Notes under the pieces: model-generated
Seen by the model: only the letters and a program-made list of their open reading frames with translations
The model's database searches: none
Told to the model about the DNA's origin: nothing
Shown: positions 18,175 to 27,225 of the stretch, piece by piece
How positions within the stretch are numbered: position 1 is the first letter of the stretch
Layout of the letters: each line of letters begins with the position of its first letter
Program-made: the position numbers and the translations under genes
Assembly (NCBI GenBank): GCA_963675525.2
Contig: CAXXSL010000011.1
Location: 192,001 to 256,000, forward strand
From: Anaerohalosphaeraceae bacterium
GTDB taxonomy: Bacteria > Planctomycetota > Phycisphaerae > Sedimentisphaerales > Anaerohalosphaeraceae
Length of the DNA stretch: 64,000 nucleotides
Direction: 5' to 3'

Positions 18175-18699
18175 ATGAATGTGAAATTAATTAAATGTCG
18201 GCCGGACAGACTTAAAGGATTACTACTCTGTGAATCTGTCATAAAACCACTAGAACAACATCTGTATAACACAGGTCTTGAGCAAAGAGAGGAGGCGGCA
18301 CTTCTGGCTGGCTATATTGTTGGCAAATCAATGGGTGTGGTAACAACCGTTATTTTGCCTTATACGGAAAGTCACTCTGGAGGATGTACGTTACCAAATG
18401 ACATCACATCAAGGTGCTTTGATACCATTCGCAGAACGGGCCAACTTGTTTTAGCTCAAGTGCATAGCCACCCTAAAAGGGCATTCCACTCTTTTACAGA
18501 CGACGAATGGGCTTTTTCTGATAGTCCAGGACTTTTTTCTATTGTTGTTCCTTGTTTTGGTAGATACGGCATACAAAAAATTTTCACAAATGGTGTTGGC
18601 ATCTATGAACGTCTGACAAATGGTGATTGGTACCCCTTGGATTCGTCTGAAATTCAACGTCGTTTTTTTGTAATACCGAATACTCAGATTATTTTATAG
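18175..18699 (+). CDS. JAB/MPN+ (JAMM) metallopeptidase
   Basis: REEAALLAG Glu plus QVHSHPKRAFHSFTDD (HxHx7Sx2D-type JAMM motif); FSIVVP. Confidence 0.92.
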   Translation: MNVKLIKCRPDRLKGLLLCESVIKPLEQHLYNTGLEQREEAALLAGYIVGKSMGVVTTVILPYTESHSGGCTLPNDITSRCFDTIRRTGQLVLAQVHSHPKRAFHSFTDDEWAFSDSPGLFSIVVPCFGRYGIQKIFTNGVGIYERLTNGDWYPLDSSEIQRRFFVIPNTQIIL

Positions 18700-18715
18700 C
18701 ATCAATGGAGTTCTA

Positions 18716-21118
18716 ATGAATGTACATATTAGCAATCAAAGCAGAGCAGAGCTGTTTGCGGAACAATCACTCGGTATCGAAACTGCGAAGATCAAAGATG
18801 CCTTACGCAACCGGACGATTGTAATCGGTGTTTCAGGGGATTTGGCAAAAACACGTCTTGGACAGATCGGCCTTATCACCGCTGTAAACATATTAACACG
18901 TTTAGGATCGCTTGCTCCGAAAATCTATCTGGATGTTCCCGAGGACACAAAAGCATTGCCGTTTATTCCACTTCTTGTAGAAGGCCAATCTGTTTCATTA
19001 CAGATAATAAATTTTATGCGGGCCATTGCGGGTCTTCAAAAAGAAGACATTGTCAGAGACAATTCAGATAAACTTAAGATCTATGATCTTGGATTATTTA
19101 TAGGTCGGCAGACAGCGAAAGCTACCCAGGCGGTTACCATTGGAGCCGATAATTGGCTGGCCTTTGTCAATCCGACAGGCAGGCACGAGAAAATCACTCA
19201 CTCGGCAAATCCTTTAGGAATGATATTTTCCGCGGCACTTGGCGCGACAGAAATCGTTAAGCATTTATGGCTGCCGATTAAGGATTCGGATATTGAGATT
19301 GAACCTCTTAAAAAACGAACCATTGTTTCATGCTATGATTTTTCAATTGACAAACACAAAGCTGAAAACCCTGCCTTTCCCGAAAAATATCGCCTGGGGC
19401 ACGCATGTATTGTTGGACTTGGAGCCATTGGCAGTGCATGTAACTATATTCTTGGATGTTTTGATAATCCCGAGCTTTCCCTGGATTATATCGACTCAGA
19501 TAAAATTGAACCCAGCAATGAAGAGCGGTTGTTCACGAGTTCTCAGCCTGTAAAAGACATCAATAAACTCAAGGTAATTCACGCCCAACAATTTATGAAA
19601 GCGATGAATCAAAAAGCACACACCTTTCCCTATGGTATGCCGCTTGAACGCTTTGTTGAACTGTCACGTGACCGCCTTGGTTACATTTTTTGCTGCCTGG
19701 ACAATGGAGCTGTTCGTCGAAGATTACAAACAGAATTGGGCAGTGTTATTGCCAATGGCGGAACTGATATGTCGCGATGGATGGTTTCCATACATGAATA
19801 CGCTCGTCCGGAAAATGCCTGTTTATTTGATTTGTATAAAGATCGGAACGAAGATCAACCTGACATTGTACACCAGTTGGCGGACAGGCTGAAAATTAGT
19901 GTTAATGAGCTATTGCAGTTGCAACGAATAGGTAATCGCAGAATTGATGGTTCAGTCATCATCAAAGCGATCCAACAAGAGCCGGACCCGGTCAAGAAAA
20001 AGATGATTTCCCGTTATGCAGGTCTTACGTACGAACTAGCATTGGCTCAGGTTTGCACACAAGGTTCCCCCAATAAGGCATTGCCTGCCGCAACGATAAG
20101 TTTTGTTTCTCTTATTCCGTCCGTACTGATGGTTGCGGATTTTGTTAAACGCCGCATTTATGGATGGAATCTTCCCAAAAATTCACCAAATGTGATTCAG
20201 GCGGACAGTTTTCGCCAAGTCGATAAAGCGACTGCAATTAACGTTCTGGCTTCAGATAAATGCTTTTGTCAATCAGAAAAGTACGTTCAGGCCTTTGAGA
20301 AACGTCAGAAGATACGGAATCCTCATTTAAATAAAACTTTCCTGGAACCTGCCGGCCAGATAAACGTTCCACGTTGTCCGCCTGTACGTCCCAGACCATA
20401 CATCAGGCCACGTCCTGTGGTGCCCCGTCCGCAGGTCCCCAACCACCCACAAGCCGGAAAACCTCTTCAGGTTCCCCTGCCGCCGCCTGTTCAGCCTGTG
20501 GCTCCAAAGCAACCAACTGAAGTTCCCTGCTTCCCATCTCCTCAAACCTGTTGTTTTGCGTTCTTTATTTATCTATCGGGCATGATTGGCTCATTAGTTC
20601 TCATAAGCCTGTATGTAAAATACCAAATTCAGGCCGATCATCTGCCCATACCATGGAAAATAATTATGTTCGGTTGGGAAGCAGGCATAACAATTGAAGG
20701 ATGGTTAAAATATTCCGTAGTCTCTAGTATACCTGCGATATCATATTACTTCTTTATGAAACTTGCGATCTATTTAATGAAAAGTAAAAAGGGAAAGATG
20801 ACTCTTCAGAATGGAACACAAGAAACGTATGAAATCGGAACCCGGTGGGCCAGTAAGTTTTTGGCGATATTATTCCAAATTACAGGACTGCCATTTATAT
20901 ATTTTTCAGTTATGGCATTTGGAGCGACCAATATCCGGGCACTTTTAAAAAGCTGTATATTTTTGTCAGACATGACCTGCTGTGCAGTGGTTCCCCTATC
21001 TCTATTTTTTTTCTCTTTTGTTATTTTCATTTTTTCAGCAATTGGATTGATTCAAATAGGAGAAACGACTCAAAAAAGATGCGACGGGATCTTTAATCTT
21101 CCAACAAGAAAAAAGTGA
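18716..21118 (+). CDS. E1-like (ThiF/UBA) activating enzyme with N-terminal inactive adenylation-like domain, Pro-rich linker and about 4 C-terminal TM helices
   Basis: IVGLGAIGS, DSDKIEPSNEER, CLDNGAVRR, candidate catalytic Cys in QVCTQG (C447), ISFVS, CFC; then a Pro-rich stretch and four hydrophobic segments. Confidence 0.85.
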   Translation: MNVHISNQSRAELFAEQSLGIETAKIKDALRNRTIVIGVSGDLAKTRLGQIGLITAVNILTRLGSLAPKIYLDVPEDTKALPFIPLLVEGQSVSLQIINFMRAIAGLQKEDIVRDNSDKLKIYDLGLFIGRQTAKATQAVTIGADNWLAFVNPTGRHEKITHSANPLGMIFSAALGATEIVKHLWLPIKDSDIEIEPLKKRTIVSCYDFSIDKHKAENPAFPEKYRLGHACIVGLGAIGSACNYILGCFDNPELSLDYIDSDKIEPSNEERLFTSSQPVKDINKLKVIHAQQFMKAMNQKAHTFPYGMPLERFVELSRDRLGYIFCCLDNGAVRRRLQTELGSVIANGGTDMSRWMVSIHEYARPENACLFDLYKDRNEDQPDIVHQLADRLKISVNELLQLQRIGNRRIDGSVIIKAIQQEPDPVKKKMISRYAGLTYELALAQVCTQGSPNKALPAATISFVSLIPSVLMVADFVKRRIYGWNLPKNSPNVIQADSFRQVDKATAINVLASDKCFCQSEKYVQAFEKRQKIRNPHLNKTFLEPAGQINVPRCPPVRPRPYIRPRPVVPRPQVPNHPQAGKPLQVPLPPPVQPVAPKQPTEVPCFPSPQTCCFAFFIYLSGMIGSLVLISLYVKYQIQADHLPIPWKIIMFGWEAGITIEGWLKYSVVSSIPAISYYFFMKLAIYLMKSKKGKMTLQNGTQETYEIGTRWASKFLAILFQITGLPFIYFSVMAFGATNIRALLKSCIFLSDMTCCAVVPLSLFFFSFVIFIFSAIGLIQIGETTQKRCDGIFNLPTRKK

Positions 21119-21486
21119 CAAGACAGGCAAAAACTTGGTCGAGTAGACGTAATATGGACCTTTTGCGTAGACTTACTTTGTATTCCCTGTTGCTCCCCTC
21201 TTTCGATTGGGGAGTGTCACAGTATTTTGACATACAAAAGGCTGACCTCCAGCAAGACTGCGGGAACATGAACAATGTGAAATTCGCATAAACTGTGGAT
21301 CAGGAATGGGGAGCAGGGCATAAGTCGTATAGCGCCTGACATAGCGCGCATGCCGCATTACCCCGCATTTATACGCGCATGGATGCACCATCAAATAAAT
21401 AGTACTGGGTGGGGAACTTTCCGACAAGTGACTTGAAACACTCAATTTAAGGCTGAAAATCAAGCTTTTCTCCACAACTACAAAAT

Positions 21487-21557
21487 AGCGGGCGATCGGA
21501 ATCGAACCGACATGACTAGCTTGGAAGGCTAGGGCTTTACCATTAAGCTACGCCCGC
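21487..21557 (-). tRNA. tRNA-Gly(TCC)
   Basis: GCGGGCGTAGCTTAATGGTAAAGCCCTAGCCTTCCAAGCTAGTCATGTCGGTTCGATTCCGATCGCCCGCT. Confidence 0.97.
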
Positions 21558-21584
21558 ATCATCCATTAATGCGAATGAGGGGTG

Positions 21585-21613
21585 ATTATACAGACCGGAA
21601 CCGCTACTGACAA
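21585..21613 (-). promoter_or_regulatory. Sigma70-type promoter of tRNA-Gly
   Basis: TTGTCA-17 nt-TATAAT. Confidence 0.8.
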
Positions 21614-21655
21614 GGGCTTATTGAAAAAATTCCTAACCGATTATATTATATCGGG

Positions 21656-22450
21656 TTAGAATCTGCGTACGGCAACCAGAATAACGCCGGCCATCATAAA
21701 CAGGATTGCCGAATCAGGCTCGGGCACTGCCGTTGCATACAACGATGAAATCGCTGCGACATCAAACTCCGACAACGTGGTATCCTCATTCCACCAACTT
21801 GAATACCCATACATCGTCAGCCCTTTGTTGCCGCTGCCCATCCATTCCTGCCAGCCGGACTGTCCGGGATCATACAGGTCGTTGAGACCGTAGATGTGCC
21901 CGGCTTCATGCAGGGCAATATGTTCGACGTAAAAACCGCCGGACTGCAAACCATCGCTATCCGTCCGCCAGTCAAAGTTGATATCGTTAAAATACATATC
22001 ACGTTCTAAAACGGTTCCGGAAACGGGCGAATACCACGTCATAACAACCGCAATGGCATTATGTGAAAGCCCCAGCATATCGGTCCACGGATCCTCGTAA
22101 CCGTAACCGGAATCGATCCAGGAAATATCATTCGTACCGTTAATGCTACCGGGAGTAAATCCGGCTGTGCCGATAACTTCTGAGACACGGAGATCCGCAC
22201 TGGGCAGGTTCACCCATGTTTCGAACGCATTTCGGACCGCTTCAAAATCGCTGCCATCCGAAATATCGCTTGCGCCGTTGACGAATCGGAAGGTATAGTC
22301 GTTTCGAGGGTTATAATCACTTCCTGTCATTCGGTCGACATTGTTCAGCGAAATTGATTCGGTTTGCATTACCACCTCTTCCAGCTGCGCCGCAGCGGTC
22401 TGTACCAAAATGGCCGTAATGATCACCAATCCCATCTTATTAATGCTCAT
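21656..22450 (-). CDS. Matrixin (M10-like) zinc metalloprotease with PEP-CTERM sorting domain
   Basis: Signal peptide; HEAGHIYGLND; Met-turn LTMYG; VPEP-TM-RRF tail. Confidence 0.88.
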   Translation of the reverse strand: MSINKMGLVIITAILVQTAAAQLEEVVMQTESISLNNVDRMTGSDYNPRNDYTFRFVNGASDISDGSDFEAVRNAFETWVNLPSADLRVSEVIGTAGFTPGSINGTNDISWIDSGYGYEDPWTDMLGLSHNAIAVVMTWYSPVSGTVLERDMYFNDINFDWRTDSDGLQSGGFYVEHIALHEAGHIYGLNDLYDPGQSGWQEWMGSGNKGLTMYGYSSWWNEDTTLSEFDVAAISSLYATAVPEPDSAILFMMAGVILVAVRRF

Positions 22451-22590
22451 AATTATCTCCGATAATCGTTTAATTCGCTAATAAATCGTCTCCAATCGCC
22501 CTTTGCTTAACTTCAAGGGCGTAAAAGTCCTGAAAAGTTGAGATTTATCCCCCTTTTGAGCCGTTTTTTTTTGCGATATATCTTAGATAA

Positions 22591-22619
22591 TTGATTTTAC
22601 CGGGCATTTCCGCTATAGT
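22591..22619 (+). promoter_or_regulatory. Sigma70-type promoter of proAB
   Basis: TTGATT-17 nt-TATAGT. Confidence 0.65.
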
Positions 22620-22672
22620 TGGCCCGATTGTATTGTGTCAAATGAACTCCAAATACAACGGGAGAAGAGAAA

Positions 22673-23971
22673 ATGTCTATATCCGAAATCGCCGCGTTGG
22701 CTCGTCAAGCTTCAACCCGACTGGCCGCGGCTAAAGCTGAACAGAAAAACAGGGCTTTGGAAGCGGTATGTACTGCGCTTCAGGAAAATGCCCCGGCGAT
22801 TATTGCCGCTAATGAGGAGGATCTCATTAAGGCAGAAAAAGATCTGTTGGCCGCACCCCTGCTAAAACGCCTTAAATTTGACCGGGACAAGATCAACGGT
22901 GTCTGCGAGGGTATCAAAAGCCTGATCGCAATTGACGACCCCGTCGGCCAAACACTGGCGGCAATAGAACTGGACGAAGGACTGGAACTCTATAAAGTCA
23001 CCTGCCCTATCGGCGTCATTGGCGTCATCTTTGAATCGCGCCCCGATGCGCTGGTTCAGATATCGACACTCTGTTTAAAAAGCGGCAATGCGGTCCTGCT
23101 CAAAGGCGGCTCGGAAGCCGTCAATACGAACCGTATTTTAGCAGATGTGATTACGAAAGCGGCCGAGGCCGCCGGATTGCCCGACGGTTGGCTGGGATTG
23201 CTTGAAACGCGGGCCGATGTGGCTGAGATGCTCAAGCTGGATGACTCCATCGACCTGATCATTCCCCGCGGCAGCAACGAATTCGTCAAGCATATTATGA
23301 ACAACACCTCAATTCCCGTGCTGGGTCATGCCGACGGCATCTGTCATGTGTACGTTGACGCCGAGGCCGATATGGACATGGCCGTCAACATCACCGTCGA
23401 TTCGAAGTGCCAATACGTCGCGGTATGCAATGCCGCCGAAACACTACTGGTCCACGAGCAAATTGCGGCCGAATTTTTGCCCCGCGTCAAACAGGCACTG
23501 GAAGCCAAGCAGGTTGAAATTCGCGGCTGCGGAAAAACCCGCGCGATCATTGATGTTAAACAAGCAACCGAACAGGACTGGAAAACTGAATACCTCGACT
23601 ACATCCTGTCAGTTCGGGTTGTCGAAAACCTCGATGCGGCTGTCGAACACATCAATACCTACGGTTCCGGACACACCGATGCCATCCTCACACAAAACAA
23701 AAAGACGGCAATGGCTTTCATGGATCTGGTCGATGCCGCGGATGTATTTTGGAACTGCAGCACACGTTTCAGTGACGGCTTCCGCTTCGGCCTCGGCGCC
23801 GAAGTCGGCATCAGCACGAATAAAATCCACGCACGCGGACCGGTCGGGCTGGAAGGTTTGCTGATCTATAAATGGCGGATGATCGGAGCCGGACATACCG
23901 TCGCCGATTTCTCCGGAGCGGCCGGGAAAAAATTTACGCACAAAAAACTGAACAAGGATTGGGTCGGCTAA
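22673..23971 (+). CDS. proA: Gamma-glutamyl phosphate reductase
   Basis: GVIFESRP, LKGGSEA, IIPRG, CNAAETLL and GAEVGISTNKIHARGPVGL motifs. Confidence 0.97.
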   Translation: MSISEIAALARQASTRLAAAKAEQKNRALEAVCTALQENAPAIIAANEEDLIKAEKDLLAAPLLKRLKFDRDKINGVCEGIKSLIAIDDPVGQTLAAIELDEGLELYKVTCPIGVIGVIFESRPDALVQISTLCLKSGNAVLLKGGSEAVNTNRILADVITKAAEAAGLPDGWLGLLETRADVAEMLKLDDSIDLIIPRGSNEFVKHIMNNTSIPVLGHADGICHVYVDAEADMDMAVNITVDSKCQYVAVCNAAETLLVHEQIAAEFLPRVKQALEAKQVEIRGCGKTRAIIDVKQATEQDWKTEYLDYILSVRVVENLDAAVEHINTYGSGHTDAILTQNKKTAMAFMDLVDAADVFWNCSTRFSDGFRFGLGAEVGISTNKIHARGPVGLEGLLIYKWRMIGAGHTVADFSGAAGKKFTHKKLNKDWVG

Positions 23972-23972
23972 C

Positions 23973-25091
23973 ATGCGAAATTTTAATAAAGCAAAACGAA
24001 TCGTCATTAAGATCGGGACCAGCACTCTGACCACAAATACCGGCATCAACAGCGACTATCTCCGGTCACTGGCTCAGGAGGTGCTCCGGCTTATCGAAAA
24101 TGACCGCCAGGTTCTGCTCGTTTCAAGCGGCGCTATCGGGATGGGCGCCAAACAACTCCGACTCTCCGGCCCCGTCACGGATACAAAAGTTCGTCAGGCC
24201 TGCGCATCAATCGGACAACCTCTGTTGATGCATGAATATCACAAGGCCTTTTCCGATGTCGGGTTGACCGTCTCGCAGGTGCTGCTGACCGCAGAGATCC
24301 TCAATAAACGAAAACCGTACCTGAACCTGAAAAACGCGATTGAAACACTGCTCAGACTCGGCGTGGTCCCCATCATCAATGAAAACGACTGTGTCGCAAC
24401 CGATGAGATTGGCACCGCCTTTGGCGACAATGACAAACTCAGCGCCTTGGTCGCCAGCAAGATCGATGCGGACCTGCTGATCATGCTTACGGACATTGAT
24501 GCTCTTTACGACAAGGACCCCCGCAAGTACAACGACGCAAAACCTGTTCACGTGGTCAAAGAAATTACCGATGAGCTTGTTAAAGCCGCCGGAAAACGCG
24601 GCAGCACCCACTCCACCGGCGGCATGAAAACCAAACTGAAAGCCGCCGAGATCACCGCAACCGCCGGCTGCAAAATGGTACTGGCCCACGGACAGGAAAC
24701 CAACATCATCAAAAAGATTTTGGATGGTCAGGAAATAGGAACGCTGTTTTTGCCGAAGGAATGCAAGTTGAGCAACCGGTCTCGCTGGATCCTGCACAGC
24801 AAACCCGAAGGCACCATTACCATTGACGACGGCGCGATGGACGCTATCGCCCGTCATAAAAGTCTCCTGCCCAGCGGCATTACGCAGATCGAGGGGTCTT
24901 TTCCCATCGGTGCGGTGGTCATGATCAACAACGCCGCTAAAGCCGTAACCAGCCTCAGTTCCGATGAACTGAAAAAGGTTGCCGGCCAACACAGCGCCAA
25001 TATCCGCGACCTGCTCGGCTCCGGCAGGCGGGATGTCGTCGCCATCCCCGAAGATATCGTATTTCTCGAAACCGACGAAAAAAAGAATTGA
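23973..25091 (+). CDS. proB: Glutamate 5-kinase with PUA domain
   Basis: VIKIGTS, SSGAI, PIINEND, FGDNDKLSA and TGGMKTK motifs. Confidence 0.97.
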   Translation: MRNFNKAKRIVIKIGTSTLTTNTGINSDYLRSLAQEVLRLIENDRQVLLVSSGAIGMGAKQLRLSGPVTDTKVRQACASIGQPLLMHEYHKAFSDVGLTVSQVLLTAEILNKRKPYLNLKNAIETLLRLGVVPIINENDCVATDEIGTAFGDNDKLSALVASKIDADLLIMLTDIDALYDKDPRKYNDAKPVHVVKEITDELVKAAGKRGSTHSTGGMKTKLKAAEITATAGCKMVLAHGQETNIIKKILDGQEIGTLFLPKECKLSNRSRWILHSKPEGTITIDDGAMDAIARHKSLLPSGITQIEGSFPIGAVVMINNAAKAVTSLSSDELKKVAGQHSANIRDLLGSGRRDVVAIPEDIVFLETDEKKN

Positions 25092-25116
25092 CGTAAATCC
25101 TCCGATTTACTATAGT
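25088..25116 (+). promoter_or_regulatory. Sigma70-type promoter of tRNA-Leu
   Basis: TTGACG-17 nt-TATAGT. Confidence 0.8.
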
Positions 25117-25132
25117 AGGCGTTCTAAATCAG

Positions 25133-25216
25133 GCCGGAGTGGCGGAATTGGCAGACGCGCGGGATTCAAAATCCCGTCTTGGCAACAAGGTGTGGGTTCA
25201 AGTCCCACCTCCGGTA
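25133..25216 (+). tRNA. tRNA-Leu(CAA)
   Basis: GCCGGAGTGGCGGAATTGGCAGACGCGCGGGATTCAAAATCCCG, long variable arm, GGTTCAAGTCCCACCTCCGGTA. Confidence 0.97.
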
Positions 25217-25265
25217 CATTATTTTTAACCCCATAAATTTCTCATACAATCATTTCGATACCATC

Positions 25266-26837
25266 TTACCAGCAATATTCCTCCGGTCGGATATTGCATA
25301 TCAGCCACTGCATTGCAATCTCGGCAATATCAGACAAGTCCACTTTACAATCGCCGGTCAGATCCGCGGTCAGGTGGGCGATGCAGGTCGGACTCTGGCT
25401 GGCTTGTGCGGTTTGTCCATAGCGGCCGATGTTGCGCCGATTGCCGTTATAGAGTGGTTCTAAATCGAAGCTGTCGGCAGGATCCGCCGCGTCAATACAT
25501 AAACAGTCAGCAGTGTCCGTGGCGACCCATGTTTCGGACAAAGGATCCCATCGGCCGACACGGGATTGTAAATGGTAATCGCCGGCAACCCATTGACCGG
25601 CATTATCATAACCAGTACTTGCGAAAAGTGACGGCTCAAGAATATTGCCCCCCAGGTCCGTTACGATCGAACCGACACTGTGGATTCTGGCCGGATCGAT
25701 ATTGCAATAACCGTATTCAAAAGCGGTATTCAATGCCGCATACACCTCGCTGTAGCTGATATTACCGGCGGTGTTGTCCCGGATGATGGAATTTTTTGCT
25801 GTTGTAGTGGGCATGATAGGTCGTGACCGAAACATTGCCATCGCTGCTCCGGAATTTGAAGCAGTATTATAGACAAAGGTACAGTTGTCGATAGTTGTAT
25901 TCGTATCAACCTGGCGGAATCCACCCCCGACGCCATTGTTGGCAACATTATGTTCGAAAAGAACATTTGTAAGAGAAACCTCGCTGTATTCAATATTCAT
26001 CCCGCCGCCGCTGGTGTCAGCACTGTTGTCAATGATATCGGTATCTGTAATCGTCATGGCCGGTCCTGTTACGACCTGTAGGGTATAAATGCCCCCTCCG
26101 TCACAGCCATGCACAGGGTCAGTGGCCTGATTGCCAATGATATGCGACCCGTTGATTCTGACAAAACTGTTGTTGCTGAAAATGCCGCCGCCGTCGCCGG
26201 CACAGGTATTATTCTCTATCGTACAGTTATCAAACAGTGGTCCGTCAGCTGAGCAGCTCAACAAATAGATACCGCCGCCGCGTTCTGTGCTAACACCGGT
26301 TTTCGAGGCCGTATTGTGTTCGATGGTACAGTTTTCGATGATTGGATTACAGGCGTTGATAAGCATCCCTCCGCCGAGATAGTCCGCATGATTCTGAGTA
26401 AAAACACAGTTGCGAATGGTACAGTCAGAAGAGGAAATATAAGCTCCGCCGCCACCGAGACTATTATCGTTGTACCCGCCGGTAATCGTAAAGCCGTCAA
26501 TCACAAGGTCCGCAGATTCGCTTACCAAATTCAATACCCGCGAATTGCTTTCCGCATCGACGATACAGTTATCCGGTCCATTTTCGGACATCAGCGTGAT
26601 CGCCTTGCCGCCGCAACTGATGTCACGATTGAGTGTGCCGGCATAAATGCCATCACGAACAAGCACGATGTCCGTATCAACCGCCGCATCAATGCCCGCC
26701 CTGATGGTTTTTTTGGGAAGCGAGATCGTTCCCGGGTTTTTGTCAGCGCCCAGCGCGTCATCGACATAAATCGTCGTAGCCGGACAAAAACCAGCTAACA
26801 CTATAAAACATGTGAATACAAAGATGATATGCTTCAT
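25266..26837 (-). CDS. Secreted right-handed beta-helix (pectin-lyase-like) protein with C-terminal dockerin-like domain
   Basis: Signal peptide MKHIIF; repeated N.A..GGG motifs; DYHL...CIDA; ADLTGDCKVDLSDIAEIAMQWL tail. Confidence 0.85.
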   Translation of the reverse strand: MKHIIFVFTCFIVLAGFCPATTIYVDDALGADKNPGTISLPKKTIRAGIDAAVDTDIVLVRDGIYAGTLNRDISCGGKAITLMSENGPDNCIVDAESNSRVLNLVSESADLVIDGFTITGGYNDNSLGGGGAYISSSDCTIRNCVFTQNHADYLGGGMLINACNPIIENCTIEHNTASKTGVSTERGGGIYLLSCSADGPLFDNCTIENNTCAGDGGGIFSNNSFVRINGSHIIGNQATDPVHGCDGGGIYTLQVVTGPAMTITDTDIIDNSADTSGGGMNIEYSEVSLTNVLFEHNVANNGVGGGFRQVDTNTTIDNCTFVYNTASNSGAAMAMFRSRPIMPTTTAKNSIIRDNTAGNISYSEVYAALNTAFEYGYCNIDPARIHSVGSIVTDLGGNILEPSLFASTGYDNAGQWVAGDYHLQSRVGRWDPLSETWVATDTADCLCIDAADPADSFDLEPLYNGNRRNIGRYGQTAQASQSPTCIAHLTADLTGDCKVDLSDIAEIAMQWLICNIRPEEYCW

Positions 26838-26946
26838 TTCAAACCTCCCTAGAGAATTCACGAAGAATCTATAATACGATATGTTTTATATCGGAAAATA
26901 GCATCAAAAACAATAAGTGAAAATCCACGTTGCTCAATCGCGCAGC

Positions 26947-26976
26947 AAAAAAACCGAACTCGCTGAGCGAATCCGA
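26947..26976 (-). terminator. Intrinsic terminator-like hairpin
   Basis: TCGGATTCGC-TCA-GCGAGTTCGG followed by T7. Confidence 0.65.
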
Positions 26977-27082
26977 CGGGTGGCAGCCACCGAATAAAAT
27001 GAGGTGGATGGCCAAAAATCTAAAAAAACACTCCGTACCCAATCATCGATCATCCCGCCATACCAATCACTAAACGCGCAAC

Positions 27083-27115
27083 AAAAAAGCCAGACTCGCT
27101 TAGCGAATCTGGCTT
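27083..27115 (-). terminator. Intrinsic terminator-like hairpin, paralogous to 26947-26976
   Basis: GCCAGATTCGC-TAA-GCGAGTCTGGC followed by T6. Confidence 0.7.
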
Positions 27116-27225
27116 CGGAGGAGGGTGATGAGAAGAAATTTATTCTGATCTTACATTCCGGTTTTGTCCGAACCTAAAATGCAAAATCGTTAGCTTTCAA
27201 TTTATAAAAGATCATTTCCGCTCTC

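Larger units (their letters stand above)
6005..21486. mobile_element. Probable genomic island abutting the 3' end of tRNA-Gly(TCC); left border uncertain
   Basis: Visibly AT-richer than the proAB/ispG backbone; bounded by tRNA genes; contains decayed genes and a self-contained regulatory motif; no intact integrase or att duplication seen. Confidence 0.6.

Noticed and set aside
18175..21118. Interpretation as CBASS/Pycsar Cap2-Cap3 or as ThiF/MoeB cofactor biosynthesis
   Set aside because: No cyclase or effector and no thiamine, molybdopterin or cysteine-synthase genes nearby; a separate Ubl and E2 are present
14905..21486. Pup/UBact-proteasome operon
   Set aside because: No PafA/Dop ligase, no 20S subunits, and no small ORF ending in GGE/GGQ was seen
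21120..21486. Integrase gene or att site next to tRNA-Gly
   Set aside because: Only a stray GHKS tetrapeptide in a closed frame; no duplicated tRNA 3' end found by eye
24207..24992. 261-aa minus-strand ORF (likewise 45792..46751, 43371..44093, 48514..49227, 38167..38847)
   Set aside because: Antisense or alternative-frame shadows of well-supported genes, with no recognisable motifs
24979..25236. ORFs spanning tRNA genes (also 49858..50130)
   Set aside because: Explained by tRNA-Leu and tRNA-Arg and their promoters
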